A stretch of DNA of 64,000 nt from NCBI GenBank assembly GCA_963781675.1, contig CAWAGF010000006.1, forward strand, positions 534,192-598,191, given 5' to 3'. Below the pieces are notes generated by a model. That model worked only from the letters and a program-made list of their open reading frames with translations. It was not told where the DNA came from and did no database searches. A program made the position numbers and the translations under genes. The stretch comes from an uncultured Actinomycetota bacterium. GTDB taxonomy: Bacteria; Actinomycetota; Actinomycetes; Mycobacteriales; SCTD01. Below are positions 22,057 through 31,525 of the stretch, in pieces (within the stretch, counting starts at the first letter, position 1; each line of letters starts with the position of its first letter).

Positions 22057-22112
22057 CGGGGTACGGATCGCTCCGCCACTGCCCGCCGCTGGGGGTGCAG
22101 AGGGAGCAGCGG

Positions 22113-22733
22113 CTAGGCGGTGGTGCGACGGCGCCGGCGGCTGGCCAGCTCGTCGGCGGCGGTGTCGCTCGCCGAGGTGGCGGTGTCGGCGGTGGCCCGC
22201 TCCCCCGGCAGCGCGGCGAGGGTGCCCTCGACGTCGCGGACGTGGCGGCCCACGGCGATGGCGAAGACGGCCTGCCCGCCCTGCAGCAGGTCGACGACCT
22301 CGTCGGTGGAGGTGCACTCGTAGACGGTCGTGCCGTCGCTCATCAGCGTGATCTGCGCGAGGTCGGCCACGCCGCGGTCGCGCAGGGTGGAGATGGCGGT
22401 GCGGATGTTCTGCAGCGAGATGCCGGCGTCGAGCAGCTTCTTGACGATCTTCAGGACGAGGATGTCGCGGAACGAGTAGAGCCGCTGCGTGCCGGAGCCG
22501 GAGGCCTCGCGGACGCTCGGCTCGACCAGCCCGGTGCGGGCCCAGTAGTCGAGCTGCCGGTAGGTGATGCCGGCGGCGTTGCACGCGGTCGGGCCGCGGT
22601 AGCCGATGTCCTGCTCGGAGCCGCCGGGCCGCTCGGCCTCGGGCAGGTCGTCGAACAGCGTCCCCTGCAGGCCCAGCGGCGTGCGCGGGCCCGGCTCGGT
22701 CCCGGCGGTCTCCGTGTCCGGCTCGTCCACCAC
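22113..22733 (-). CDS. MerR-family regulator (Rv1830-like)
   Basis: GYRGPTAC..GITYRQLDYWART, SGSGTQRLYSFRDI, LLQGGQAVF. Confidence 0.93.
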   Translation of the reverse strand: MVDEPDTETAGTEPGPRTPLGLQGTLFDDLPEAERPGGSEQDIGYRGPTACNAAGITYRQLDYWARTGLVEPSVREASGSGTQRLYSFRDILVLKIVKKLLDAGISLQNIRTAISTLRDRGVADLAQITLMSDGTTVYECTSTDEVVDLLQGGQAVFAIAVGRHVRDVEGTLAALPGERATADTATSASDTAADELASRRRRRTTA

Positions 22734-22823
22734 GATCGGCTCCTGTCTCGGGTCCAGCTGCTGCGGCGGGGCCGGCGGGCGGCCGCCCCTCGCGGGGTCC
22801 GTCGCGGGTCGACCAGGACGGGG

Positions 22824-22894
22824 ACGCTAGGCAGTCCTCGAGGTCAGGTCAACGATGTCGCGCGTCGTGTCGCAACCCTCGACCTGCAGTGGAG
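22824..22894 (-). promoter_or_regulatory. Promoter TTGACC-N17-TAGCGT with upstream palindromic operator CTCGAC-N5-GTGGAG
   Basis: -10 at 22824-22829, -35 at 22847-22852, palindrome at 22878-22894. Confidence 0.65.
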
Positions 22895-22902
22895 GCTCAG
22901 GG

Positions 22903-23400
22903 CTAGGAGCCGCTCTCGAAGTCCTCGGGCGTGACGTTGTCGAGGAACTCGCGGAACTTCTCGACCTCGTCCTCCTGCTCGTCGGGGATGGCGATCCCGG
23001 CCTCGGCGAGCACCGCCTCCTCGCTGCGGATCGTCGCGCCGCTGCGCATCGCCAGCGCGATGGCGTCGGACGGCCGGGCGCTGACGGTCACGCCGCCCTC
23101 GAAGGCGAGCTCGGCGTAGAAGACGCCCTCGCGCAGCTCGGTGATCGTGACGGTCTGCAACGGCTTGTCGAGCGCGTCGAGCAGGTCGCGCAGCAGGTCG
23201 TGCGTCATCGGCCGGGCGGTCACCACGCCCTGCTGGGCGAAGGCGATCGCCGTGGCCTCGACGGCGCCGATCCAGATCGGGAGGTAGCGCTCCCCCTCGA
23301 CCTCCTTGAGCAGCACGATCGGCTGCTGGCTGGGCAGCTCGACGCGCACGCCCACCACGCTCAGCTCCGACAGCGGGGTGCCCTCGTCGGACGGCTCCAC
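22903..23400 (-). CDS. Bifunctional nuclease family (DUF151)
   Basis: VGVRVELP, LPIWIG, RPMTHDL, SARPSDAIALA, EVEKFREFLD; GGAGG RBS. Confidence 0.93.
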   Translation of the reverse strand: MEPSDEGTPLSELSVVGVRVELPSQQPIVLLKEVEGERYLPIWIGAVEATAIAFAQQGVVTARPMTHDLLRDLLDALDKPLQTVTITELREGVFYAELAFEGGVTVSARPSDAIALAMRSGATIRSEEAVLAEAGIAIPDEQEDEVEKFREFLDNVTPEDFESGS

Positions 23401-23467
23401 GGGGTCCTCCAGGACGGTCGACGTGCGGTGCTCGAGCACTGCTGAGCCTACTCCCGGAGGGAGCAGG

Positions 23468-24217
23468 TCAGCGCCGCAGGCCGGGGCCGAGACCGGCCCG
23501 GACCAGCGTGGCGTGCAGCTTGACCGACAGCGCGGCGAGCTCGCGCACGACCTCGTCGGCGCGGGCCCGCGCCTCCGGGTTGCGCTGGCGCACCAGCGGG
23601 GTGACGACCTGCTCGACCAGGCCGATCTCGCGCTCGGCGGCGCTCTTGAACGGCCGCAGGTGACGGGCCTCGATGCCGAAGCGGGCCATCTCGGCGACGG
23701 TCTTGGCCACCACCAGCGCGTCGCCGTCGTAGTGGCTGCCGCCCTGGCGGGGAGCGACCAGTCCGTACTGCTCGAGCTGGTCGAGCTGCTCGGGCTGCAG
23801 GCCGGCGGCGGACAGCAGCTCGGTCCGGGACAGCCGGATCTCGCTGACCTCGGGCAGGAAGGCGTCGGCGTCCGGCAGCCCCTCGGCGGCGACGAGCGCG
23901 CGCGGGACCTTGGGGCCGGCCGCACCGAGCGCCGGCGGCTCGAGGCCGCGGTCGATGGCGTCCAGGTGCTCCTTGATGACGCGCAGCGGCAGGTAGTGGT
24001 CGCGCTGGGCGGACAGCACGTAGCGCAGCCGGGACAGGTCCTCGCGGCTGAACTTGCGGTAGCCGCTGGCCGTCCGCTCGGGCTCGATCAGCCCCTCCGC
24101 CTCCAGGAAGCGGATCTTGCTGATGGTGATGTCCGGGAAGTCCGGCCGCAGCTGGCCGAGCACCTCCCCGATGCTCATGAACGCGCGGGTGGGCACGGCG
24201 CCGGCTGCGCTCGTCAC
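23468..24217 (-). CDS. ftsR: MerR-family regulator (FtsR/Rv1828-like)
   Basis: MSIGEVL..FPDITISKIRFLE, QRDHYLPLRVIK; lies between garA and DUF151. Confidence 0.88.
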   Translation of the reverse strand: MTSAAGAVPTRAFMSIGEVLGQLRPDFPDITISKIRFLEAEGLIEPERTASGYRKFSREDLSRLRYVLSAQRDHYLPLRVIKEHLDAIDRGLEPPALGAAGPKVPRALVAAEGLPDADAFLPEVSEIRLSRTELLSAAGLQPEQLDQLEQYGLVAPRQGGSHYDGDALVVAKTVAEMARFGIEARHLRPFKSAAEREIGLVEQVVTPLVRQRNPEARARADEVVRELAALSVKLHATLVRAGLGPGLRR

Positions 24218-24741
24218 GCCTCGGCCCCGCGGGTGCCCACGAGGAACACCAGCCGGTACTTGCCGATCTGCACCTCGTCCCCGCCGGCCAGTCCGGCGGC
24301 GTCGATGCGCTCGCGGTTGAGGTAGGTGCCGTTGAGGCTGCCGACGTCGCGGACGACGAAGCCGCCGCCCTCGCGGACGAACTCGGCGTGCCGGCGCGAG
24401 ACGGTGACGTCGTCGAGGAAGATGTCCGACTCGGGGTGGCGGCCGGCGGTGGTGACGTCGGCATCGAGCAGGAAGCGGCTGCCGGCGTTGGGGCCGCGCT
24501 TGACGACCAGCAGGGCGCTGCCGGGCGGGAGCGCCTCGACCGGCGCCGCGTCGCCTGCGGGCTCGCTGGCGGTGGGAGCGGCCTCGTTCTCCAGCGCGCC
24601 CTCGAGGGCGGCCAGCGAGATCGTGGACGTCGTCTCGACCGAGCTCGCCGCGCCCTCCTGCCCCTTGGACAGGGCGGTGCCGCAACGGGCGCAGAAGCGG
24701 CTGCCCTCGGCGTTCTGATGGCCGCACTGGGTGCAGAACAC
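24214..24741 (-). CDS. garA: Zinc-ribbon plus FHA domain protein (GarA/OdhI)
   Basis: CTQC..CARC; ETTS phosphorylation motif; GRHPESDIFLDDVTVSRRHA, SLNGTY. Confidence 0.9.
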   Translation of the reverse strand: MFCTQCGHQNAEGSRFCARCGTALSKGQEGAASSVETTSTISLAALEGALENEAAPTASEPAGDAAPVEALPPGSALLVVKRGPNAGSRFLLDADVTTAGRHPESDIFLDDVTVSRRHAEFVREGGGFVVRDVGSLNGTYLNRERIDAAGLAGGDEVQIGKYRLVFLVGTRGAEA

Positions 24742-24874
24742 GTTCTCGCCCGCCTCCGTGGAGCTGGTGTGCGGGCGGTGCCCGCCGGCCCCCGCGGCGC
24801 GGGTCCCGTCCTGCTGCGGGAGGAGCCCTACCCGCCGGAGCGGACCCGCTGACGCGGACCCGGCTCGCAGCGCG

Positions 24875-24949
24875 AACCTAGTGCGGCCGCGCGACGAGGG
24901 TCAACCGGTCGTCGAGGATCGGAGCGCCTCACCTCGACCTGAGGTCGAG
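24875..24949 (-). promoter_or_regulatory. Promoter TTGACC-N18-TAGGTT with upstream perfect palindrome CTCGACCT-G-AGGTCGAG
   Basis: -10 at 24875-24880, -35 at 24899-24904, palindrome at 24933-24949. Confidence 0.65.
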
Positions 24950-24999
24950 ACAGCCAAGGGGCGCGCTGAGCAGCTCAGCCCCCTCGATGCCGTGCCGGG

Positions 25000-25398
25000 C
25001 TAGGACGCGCCGTCCGTCAGAGCGGTGTAGGCGGCCTCGTCGAGCAGCCCGTCGGCGGCCAGCGCCGCCTCCACGCCGTCGGCCGGGCGCAGCTCGACCA
25101 TCCAGCCGTCGCCGAGCGGGTCGCTGTTCACCAGCTCCGGAGCGCTGTCCAGCTGCTCGTTGCGACCGGTCACCGTGCCGGCGACGGGGGCGTACACGTC
25201 GGACACGCTCTTGGTGCTCTCGACCTCGCCGAACGACTGCCCGGGCGTGACCTCCGTGCCGACGGCGGGCAGCGTCACGAAGACGATGTCGCCGAGGGCC
25301 TCCTGCGCGTACGGCGTGATGCCGATCCGCAGCACGGCGTCGTCGCCGGAGCCGACGACGGCGATCCACTCGTGCTCGGCGGTGTACTTCAGCTCCAC
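25000..25398 (-). CDS. gcvH: Glycine cleavage system H protein
   Basis: YTAEHEW, ALGDIVFV, VESTKSVSD lipoyl-Lys motif. Confidence 0.97.
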   Translation of the reverse strand: MELKYTAEHEWIAVVGSGDDAVLRIGITPYAQEALGDIVFVTLPAVGTEVTPGQSFGEVESTKSVSDVYAPVAGTVTGRNEQLDSAPELVNSDPLGDGWMVELRPADGVEAALAADGLLDEAAYTALTDGAS

Positions 25399-25422
25399 GG
25401 CCAGGGCCTTCCCTCGTTGCGG

Positions 25423-26196
25423 TCAGTCCCCGGACTGCGGGGCGGGGCGAGCGTAACGAGGCGGCTCGAGCACCCGCAAGGCGCCCACGCGCACCTCGTC
25501 CTGCTGCTCGACCAGCGCGGTGCCGCCGCGCTGCTCGACGTTGTCCACGACGCCGCCGGGGATGCCGACCGCGGAGGCGAGCGTGCCGGCGTCGCCGACG
25601 ACGACGAACCGGTACGGGGGGTACAGCGCGACCCCGTCCACGACCACGCCGCCCTCCTCCCCCTCGACCAGCGCGGTGGAGGCGACGACGCGCACCTGCG
25701 CCCCGGCGCCCGCCTTGGACGGCTCGACGCTCAGGTCGACGGGCCCCTCCATCTGCACCGCCTCGGCGCCGGCGGCCCGGAGCTCCTCGAGCGCGTCGAG
25801 CAGCACCTCGGGGCCGATCCGCTCGTCCGGGTCGGTGATGGTGAGCAGCAGCCCGGGTCCGCGGGCGGCGACGGTGCCGGCCAGCACGCCGAGCAGCTGG
25901 GTGCGCCGGCGGGCCTCGGCGAGCGCGGCGGTGCGGTCCCCGCCGCTGCCCAGCTCGGCGCGGGTCTGGTTCAGCGCGGACACCTCGGCCCGCAGGCGGT
26001 CGTTGCGGTTGGACAGCTCGTCGAGGATCTGGACGAGGTCCTCCTGGCGCGCCGCGGCCAGCGGCCCGTCCTCCTGGGTGGAGCGCACCTGGACGACGGC
26101 CGCGAAGCCGAGCACGCCCAGCAGCGCCGCCACGGCCAGGTCGACCCGGCGCAGCCGCGGCGTGAGCAGGCGGCGCAGCGGCGTGGGCTCGCTCAC
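25423..26196 (-). CDS. DUF881 family protein
   Basis: TM helix plus coiled coil; LAGTVAARGPG, ELRAAGAEA. Confidence 0.9.
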   Translation of the reverse strand: MSEPTPLRRLLTPRLRRVDLAVAALLGVLGFAAVVQVRSTQEDGPLAAARQEDLVQILDELSNRNDRLRAEVSALNQTRAELGSGGDRTAALAEARRRTQLLGVLAGTVAARGPGLLLTITDPDERIGPEVLLDALEELRAAGAEAVQMEGPVDLSVEPSKAGAGAQVRVVASTALVEGEEGGVVVDGVALYPPYRFVVVGDAGTLASAVGIPGGVVDNVEQRGGTALVEQQDEVRVGALRVLEPPRYARPAPQSGD

Positions 26197-26525
26197 GCGT
26201 GGAAGACGCGGCGGCGGATGGCGGCCGCGTTGCTGAAGATCCGGATGCCGAGCACGACGACGACGCCGGTGGACAGCTGGCCGCCGACACCGAGCTGGTC
26301 GCCGAGGAAGACCACGAGGCCCGCGACCACGACGTTGCTCACGAAGGACACGACGAAGACCCGATCGTCGAAGATCCCCTCGAGCTGGGCCCGGACCGCG
26401 CCGAAGACGGCGTCCAGCGCCGCGACGACCGCGATGGGGAGGTAGGGCTGCAGGGCGGCCGGGACCGTCGGCTCGAGCACCAGGCCGAGCACGACGCCGA
26501 CCACCAGCGCCAGGGCGGGGATCAC
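26193..26525 (-). CDS. Small basic family protein (DUF1290/Sbp)
   Basis: YLPIAVVAALDAVFG, LGIRIFSNAAAIRR; lies between two DUF881 genes. Confidence 0.9.
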   Translation of the reverse strand: MIPALALVVGVVLGLVLEPTVPAALQPYLPIAVVAALDAVFGAVRAQLEGIFDDRVFVVSFVSNVVVAGLVVFLGDQLGVGGQLSTGVVVVLGIRIFSNAAAIRRRVFHA

Positions 26526-27403
26526 GAGCGCTCCTCCTCGGGCAGGGCGGCGCGGAGCTGGGGCGTGCTGGCGCCGGGCAGCGCGAGCGCCTCCTCGCGG
26601 CGAACCTCGAAGCCGAGGCCGTACAGCTGGGTGTACGTGGCCAGGCGGCGCCCGGTCGGCCCGTCGAGCAGCTCGAGCTCGAGCCGCTGGGGGTCGCCGA
26701 CGGCGCGCACGACGTACGGCGGGGACAGCAGCCGGAAGTCGACGAGCACGGTGTCGCCCGCGCTGCGGATGGCGGTCAGCGCCGTGAGGCGCACGTCGTT
26801 GATGCTGACGGCCTCGGCGCCCGCCGCCCACAGCCCGTTCACGAGGTCCTGGAGGTCGCGGTCCTGCACCCGCCCGTCGAGGGCGGTGCCGCCGCGCAGC
26901 GGCTCGTCCTGCTCGCCGGCGCCCGCGGGGGCGTCGCTGAGGCGGACGGAGAGGCCCGGCCCGCTCACCGCGAGGGTGCCGCTGGCCAGGCCGAGCGCCT
27001 CCAGCCGGCGGGCGGCGCTGCGCCCCGCGGTGTCGGCGCCGAGCGCGGCGGCCTGTGCGGCGGCCACGTCGGCCCGCAGCCCCTCGGCCTGCGCCACCAG
27101 CCGGTCGGTCTCCGCGGTGCGGTCGCCCACCTCGCTCGCCAGCTCGGCGCGCAGCCCGCTGCTCGCCTCCTGCCGCTGGCGCACCTGCGTGACGGCGGTC
27201 CCGGTGACGACGCCGATGGCGATCAGGGCGAGCGCGGCGGTCCCGCGGCGGACGACGGTCGGGGTGCCGCTCGGAGCGGGGGCGGCGGCCTTGCGCGCGG
27301 CCCGCTCGGCGTAGCCCTCGTCCAGCGTGTTGCTCATCATGTCGACGAGCAGCGACATGGACCCGTCGACGCGTCGGGGCGGAGCGGTCGTCACAGCGCT
27401 CAT
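26522..27403 (-). CDS. DUF881 family protein
   Basis: DRDLQDLVNGLWAAGAEAVSIN, TAIRSAG, LSPPY. Confidence 0.9.
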   Translation of the reverse strand: MSAVTTAPPRRVDGSMSLLVDMMSNTLDEGYAERAARKAAAPAPSGTPTVVRRGTAALALIAIGVVTGTAVTQVRQRQEASSGLRAELASEVGDRTAETDRLVAQAEGLRADVAAAQAAALGADTAGRSAARRLEALGLASGTLAVSGPGLSVRLSDAPAGAGEQDEPLRGGTALDGRVQDRDLQDLVNGLWAAGAEAVSINDVRLTALTAIRSAGDTVLVDFRLLSPPYVVRAVGDPQRLELELLDGPTGRRLATYTQLYGLGFEVRREEALALPGASTPQLRAALPEEERS

Positions 27404-27419
27404 CCTGCCCCAGCGGGGG

Positions 27420-29918
27420 TCAGGGCTGGGTGGACTCCACGACCTCGGCCCAGCGCGTCACGAGGTCGGCGGCCGACGCGGCGTCCGGCCCCTCCGCCCA
27501 CACGTGGGTGACCGCCTCCGACGGGTCGGGCAGCACGAGCGCCCAGCCGCCGCCGGGCTCGACGACCCGTACGCCGTCGGTGGTGTCGACCTCCCGTCCG
27601 TCCGCGGCCTCCATGACGGTCCGCATGACCGCGCCCTTGACCGCCCACGGGGTCGGGACGGACCGGCGTACGAGGTGGGCGTGCGGGATGCGGGCGTCGA
27701 TCTGGCTGAGCGTCAGCCGGGTCCGGGCCACCAGGCCGAGCAGCCGGACGAAGGCGGCGATCCCGTCGAGGGCCGGTGACAGCTCGGGCAGGACGAACCC
27801 GCCGCGCCCGTCCCCCGCGAAGATCACGCCGGGGGCGTCGGCGGCGCGGGTGAGGTCGGCGGGCGAGGTCGACGTCCACAGGACCTCGGTGCCGTGGAAG
27901 GTCGTCACCTGCTCGGCGACGCGGGTGGTGGTCACCGGCAGGGCGACCCGCCCGCTGCGGCGCTCGGCCGCGACCAGGTCCAGCACGACGAGCAGCGCCC
28001 GGTCGTCGTGGATCAGCCGGCCGCGCTCGTCGACCAGGGCGAGCCGCTCCCCCACGCTGTCGAACCGGACGCCGAAGGCCGCCCGCGAGCTGGACACCAG
28101 GTCGCCGAGCCGCTCGAGGTCGCGCATGTGGTCGGCGACCGTCTCGCTCGTGGCGCCCTCGTCCAGGCGGTTGTTCACGGTCAGCACCTCGACCCCGAGC
28201 CGGCCGAGCAGCGCCGGCAGCACCAGGGAGACCGCCCCGCCGGCGGTGTCGAGGACGACCTTGAGTCCGGCCTCCTCGACGCCGCTGACGTCGACGGTGC
28301 GCACCAGCTCCTGGACGTAGGTCTCCACCGTGCGGGACGGGAAGGTCAGCTCGGCGATCTCGCCCGGGAACGCCCGGCGGAACTCCTGTCGGCTGAACAC
28401 CCGCTCCAGCACGCGCTGGCGGGCCGGCGGGAGGTCCCCGCCGCCTGCGTCGAGGAAGACGATGTCCACCGACTGCGGGTCGTCGGGCGTCGTGCGCAGC
28501 ACGATCCCTCCAGCCGCGTCGCTGCGGGAGGTCATGAAGCGGGTGACCGGCAGCGGGGTCACCTCCAGGTCCCGCACGTCGATCGCGCTGGAGTTCAGGG
28601 CGGAGATGACCGCGCGCTTGAGCGCCCGGGCGGCGCGGGAGGCGTCGCGGGCCGTGACGACGACGCTTCCCTTGGGCAGCGTCGTCGCGTACGCCGACGC
28701 CAGCCGCACGACGTACTCCGGCGTGATCTCGACGTTGACCAGCCCGGAGACCCCGCGCGGGCCGAACAGCGAGGCGCTGCCGCGGCTCTCCCAGATGACG
28801 CTCGTGTGCAGCACGGCGCCGGCCTCGATGGTCTTGAACGGGTAGACCTTCACGCCGTCGGCGAGGTAGGCCTCCTCCTCCACGACGCACTCGTCGCCGA
28901 CGACCGCGCCCTCGCCGATGCGGGCGGCCCGCATGACGTCGGTGTTCTTGCCGACGACGGCGCCACGCAGGCTCACCTGCGGGCCGACGAACACGTTGTC
29001 GTGGACGACCGAGCGCTCCAGCGAGGCGCCGCCCTTGACCACCACGTTGTCGCCGAGGACGCAGAGCTCGCCGACCCGCGCCCCCGCCTCGACCTTGACG
29101 TCGTTGCCGATGCACAGCGGTCCCGTGAGCCGCGCGTCCGGGTCGATCTCGACGCCCTGCCCGACCCACACGCCCGGCGCCATCTCGAAGCCGTCGATCT
29201 CCACGTCGACCCGCCGGTGCAGCACGTCCGCGTGCGCCCGGACGTAGGAGTCCAGGCTGCCGACGTCCTCCCAGTAGCCCTCGGCGACGTGGCCGTAGAG
29301 GGGGGCGCCGATCTCGAGCAGCCGCGGGAAGACGTCGCCGGACCAGTCGACGGGCACGCCGGGCTCCACGTGGTCGAACACCTCCGGCTCCATGACGTAG
29401 ATGCCGGTGTTCACCGTGTCGCTGAAGACCTGCCCCCAGGTGGGCTTCTCCAGGAAGCGGTCGATGCGGCCGTCCTCGCGCTGGATGACGATGCCGAACT
29501 CCAGCGGGTCCGGCACGCGGGTCAGGCAGGCCGTGACGAGGGCGCCCGCCTCCCGGTGCGCCCGGACGAGGGCGCCGAGGTCGATGTCGGTGAGCGCGTC
29601 GCCGGAGATGACGAGGAACGCGTCGTCCCGCAGGGCGGAGTGGGCGTTGCGCACCGACCCGGCGGTGCCGAGCGGCGTCTCCTCGGTGGCGTACGACAGG
29701 TGCATGCCGAGGTCCTCGCCGTCCCCGAAGTAGGTCCGGACGAGGCTGGCCAGGAACTGCACCGTCACGACGGTCTCGTCGAAGCCGTGCCGCTTCAGCA
29801 GCCGCAGGACGTGCTCCATGATCGGCCGGTTCGCGACCGGCAGGAGCGGCTTGGGCTGGTTGGCCGTCAGCGGCCGCAGGCGGGTGCCCTCGCCGCCGGC
29901 CATGACGACCGCCTTCAC
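27420..29918 (-). CDS. Mannose-1-phosphate guanylyltransferase / phosphomannomutase-like fusion
   Basis: MAGGEGTRLRPLT, PLGTAG, FLEKP, hexapeptide repeats, C-terminal PGM/PMM-type domains. Confidence 0.92.
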   Translation of the reverse strand: MKAVVMAGGEGTRLRPLTANQPKPLLPVANRPIMEHVLRLLKRHGFDETVVTVQFLASLVRTYFGDGEDLGMHLSYATEETPLGTAGSVRNAHSALRDDAFLVISGDALTDIDLGALVRAHREAGALVTACLTRVPDPLEFGIVIQREDGRIDRFLEKPTWGQVFSDTVNTGIYVMEPEVFDHVEPGVPVDWSGDVFPRLLEIGAPLYGHVAEGYWEDVGSLDSYVRAHADVLHRRVDVEIDGFEMAPGVWVGQGVEIDPDARLTGPLCIGNDVKVEAGARVGELCVLGDNVVVKGGASLERSVVHDNVFVGPQVSLRGAVVGKNTDVMRAARIGEGAVVGDECVVEEEAYLADGVKVYPFKTIEAGAVLHTSVIWESRGSASLFGPRGVSGLVNVEITPEYVVRLASAYATTLPKGSVVVTARDASRAARALKRAVISALNSSAIDVRDLEVTPLPVTRFMTSRSDAAGGIVLRTTPDDPQSVDIVFLDAGGGDLPPARQRVLERVFSRQEFRRAFPGEIAELTFPSRTVETYVQELVRTVDVSGVEEAGLKVVLDTAGGAVSLVLPALLGRLGVEVLTVNNRLDEGATSETVADHMRDLERLGDLVSSSRAAFGVRFDSVGERLALVDERGRLIHDDRALLVVLDLVAAERRSGRVALPVTTTRVAEQVTTFHGTEVLWTSTSPADLTRAADAPGVIFAGDGRGGFVLPELSPALDGIAAFVRLLGLVARTRLTLSQIDARIPHAHLVRRSVPTPWAVKGAVMRTVMEAADGREVDTTDGVRVVEPGGGWALVLPDPSEAVTHVWAEGPDAASAADLVTRWAEVVESTQP

Positions 29919-29946
29919 GCCCCGGTCCTGCCCGCCTCGCCGGGGC

Positions 29947-30582
29947 TCACGCCCCGGCGCCCTCCGCGGCCGCGCCGTCGGCCTCGCGGTCCGCGCGCAG
30001 CACCTGGCGCACCTGGACGACGTAGAGGACGCCCGCCCAGAGGTAGAGCACGCTCCCCCACGTCGCGAAGGCCCAGCCCATCGGGCGGAAGACCGTGGCC
30101 AGCAGCCCGTGGTTGCCGGGCAGGGCGGCCAGCAGCATCGGGAAGGCGTACAGCAGGTTGAAGGTGGCCGCCTTGCCCAGGAAGTGCACCGGCAGCGGCC
30201 CGTGGCCGGCGCGGCGCAGCACCGGCAGGAAGCAGGACAGGACCGCGTCGCGGCCGATGAGCGTCAGCGCCCACCACAGCGGCAGGCCGTCGCGGTAGAC
30301 CAGCGCGAGCAGCGTGGCCAGGATGTAGAGGCGGTCCGCGAGCGGGTCGAGCAGCGCCCCGAGCCGGGTGAACTGGCCGTACTTGCGGGCGATCATCCCG
30401 TCGAAGTAGTCGCTGGCCCCTGCCGCCATCAGCAGCAGGATGGCGCGGCCGTCGTGCTCGGCGACCAGCACCCAGTAGAGGAACAGCGGGACGCCGGCCA
30501 GGCGGAGCATCGACAGGACGTTCGGGATCGTCCAGACGCGGTTCGAGAGCTCGGACGCCGGCGCGTCGAGCTGCTCCGTCAC
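29947..30582 (-). CDS. CDP-alcohol phosphatidyltransferase (PgsA2/cardiolipin synthase-like)
   Basis: TIPNVLS..R, SDYFDG..AR..Q..LG..LDPLADR. Confidence 0.93.
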   Translation of the reverse strand: MTEQLDAPASELSNRVWTIPNVLSMLRLAGVPLFLYWVLVAEHDGRAILLLMAAGASDYFDGMIARKYGQFTRLGALLDPLADRLYILATLLALVYRDGLPLWWALTLIGRDAVLSCFLPVLRRAGHGPLPVHFLGKAATFNLLYAFPMLLAALPGNHGLLATVFRPMGWAFATWGSVLYLWAGVLYVVQVRQVLRADREADGAAAEGAGA

Positions 30583-30854
30583 GCTGCCCCCTCGGATCGT
30601 CCTGACCGGGGGACCCTATCGGGCGGCCGGGCCACGACCCCGGTGACACGGCGGGGCCCGGCGGCGGCACGGCCCGCCGGCCCGGTCGGAGTCGTTCGGG
30701 TGCTCGACCGGCGGGACGTCCTGCTCCTCCACCCGGACGCGTACGGACCCCGGTAGACGCTCGTCCACCTCGTCGTCTGCTCGCCGCCTCCGTCCGGCGT
30801 GCGTCGCCGCTCGTCGCCCTTCCCGCCGCGTCCCGCGCGTGCGAGCCTGCGGCC

Positions 30855-31325
30855 GTGTCCGAGGAGCTCCGCGCGCTGCTGGACAGCGCCTTCGCGGGCG
30901 ACTTCGGCGACGACGACTGGGCGCACTGCCTCGGCGGCGTGCAGGTCCTGCTGCGCGACGAGGCCGGCCTGGTCGGCCACGCCGCGGTCGTGCCGCGCAC
31001 GCTGTGGTCCGGTCGGGACCTGCGCGTCGGCTACGTCGAGGGCGTGGCGGTACGGCCCGACGCCCAGCAGCGCGGGCACGGCCGGGCGCTGATGGCCGCC
31101 GTGCAGGCCCAGCCGTACGACGTGCTCGCGCTCAGCACGACCGACGCCGGGCTGCCCTTCTACCTCGCGCTGGGCTGGCAGCCGTGGCGCGGCCCGCTGG
31201 CGGTGCGGACGCCGCAGGGGGTGGTGCGGACGCCGGAGGACGACGGCTCGGTGCTGGTGCTCGGCTCCGGGCTGGACCTGGCCGCCGAGCTGGTCTGCGA
31301 CTGGCGCCGCGGCGACGTCTGGTGA
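30855..31325 (+). CDS. Aminoglycoside 2'-N-acetyltransferase-like GNAT
   Basis: FGDDDWAHCLGG, GHAAVV, GYVEGVAVR and terminal CDWRRGDVW match the AAC(2')-I signature. Confidence 0.85.
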   Translation: MSEELRALLDSAFAGDFGDDDWAHCLGGVQVLLRDEAGLVGHAAVVPRTLWSGRDLRVGYVEGVAVRPDAQQRGHGRALMAAVQAQPYDVLALSTTDAGLPFYLALGWQPWRGPLAVRTPQGVVRTPEDDGSVLVLGSGLDLAAELVCDWRRGDVW

Positions 31326-31382
31326 GCCGCGAGCGGCGCACCGCCCGGGCCGCGAGCTGCGCAGGATCGCCGCCGGACGCAG

Positions 31383-31416
31383 GAGGCGGTGCTGCTCCGT
31401 GGAGCGGCACCGCCTC
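31383..31416. terminator. Hairpin downstream of tRNA-Pro
   Basis: GAGGCGGTGC..GCACCGCCTC long stem between the convergent GNAT and tRNA. Confidence 0.7.
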
Positions 31417-31427
31417 TGCGTGCACGG

Positions 31428-31501
31428 TCGGGCTGACAGGATTTGAACCTGCGACCCCCTGACCCCCAGTCAGGTGCGCTACCAAGCTGCGCTACAGCCC
31501 G
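31428..31501 (-). tRNA. tRNA-Pro(GGG), CCA not encoded
   Basis: CGGGCTG/CAGCCCG acceptor stem, CCTGA-CTGGGGG-TCAGG anticodon arm, GGTTCAAATCC T-arm; typical position downstream of der. Confidence 0.96.
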
Positions 31502-31525
31502 TGGTGCGACGGCAACACTAGCGGC

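Noticed and set aside
30643..30756. Possible 37-aa ORF between pgsA2 and the AAC(2')-like gene
   Set aside because: No RBS, recognisable motif or convincing codon bias
31326..31427. Genomic island or prophage attachment at tRNA-Pro
   Set aside because: No integrase and no duplicated tRNA 3' end seen in the window
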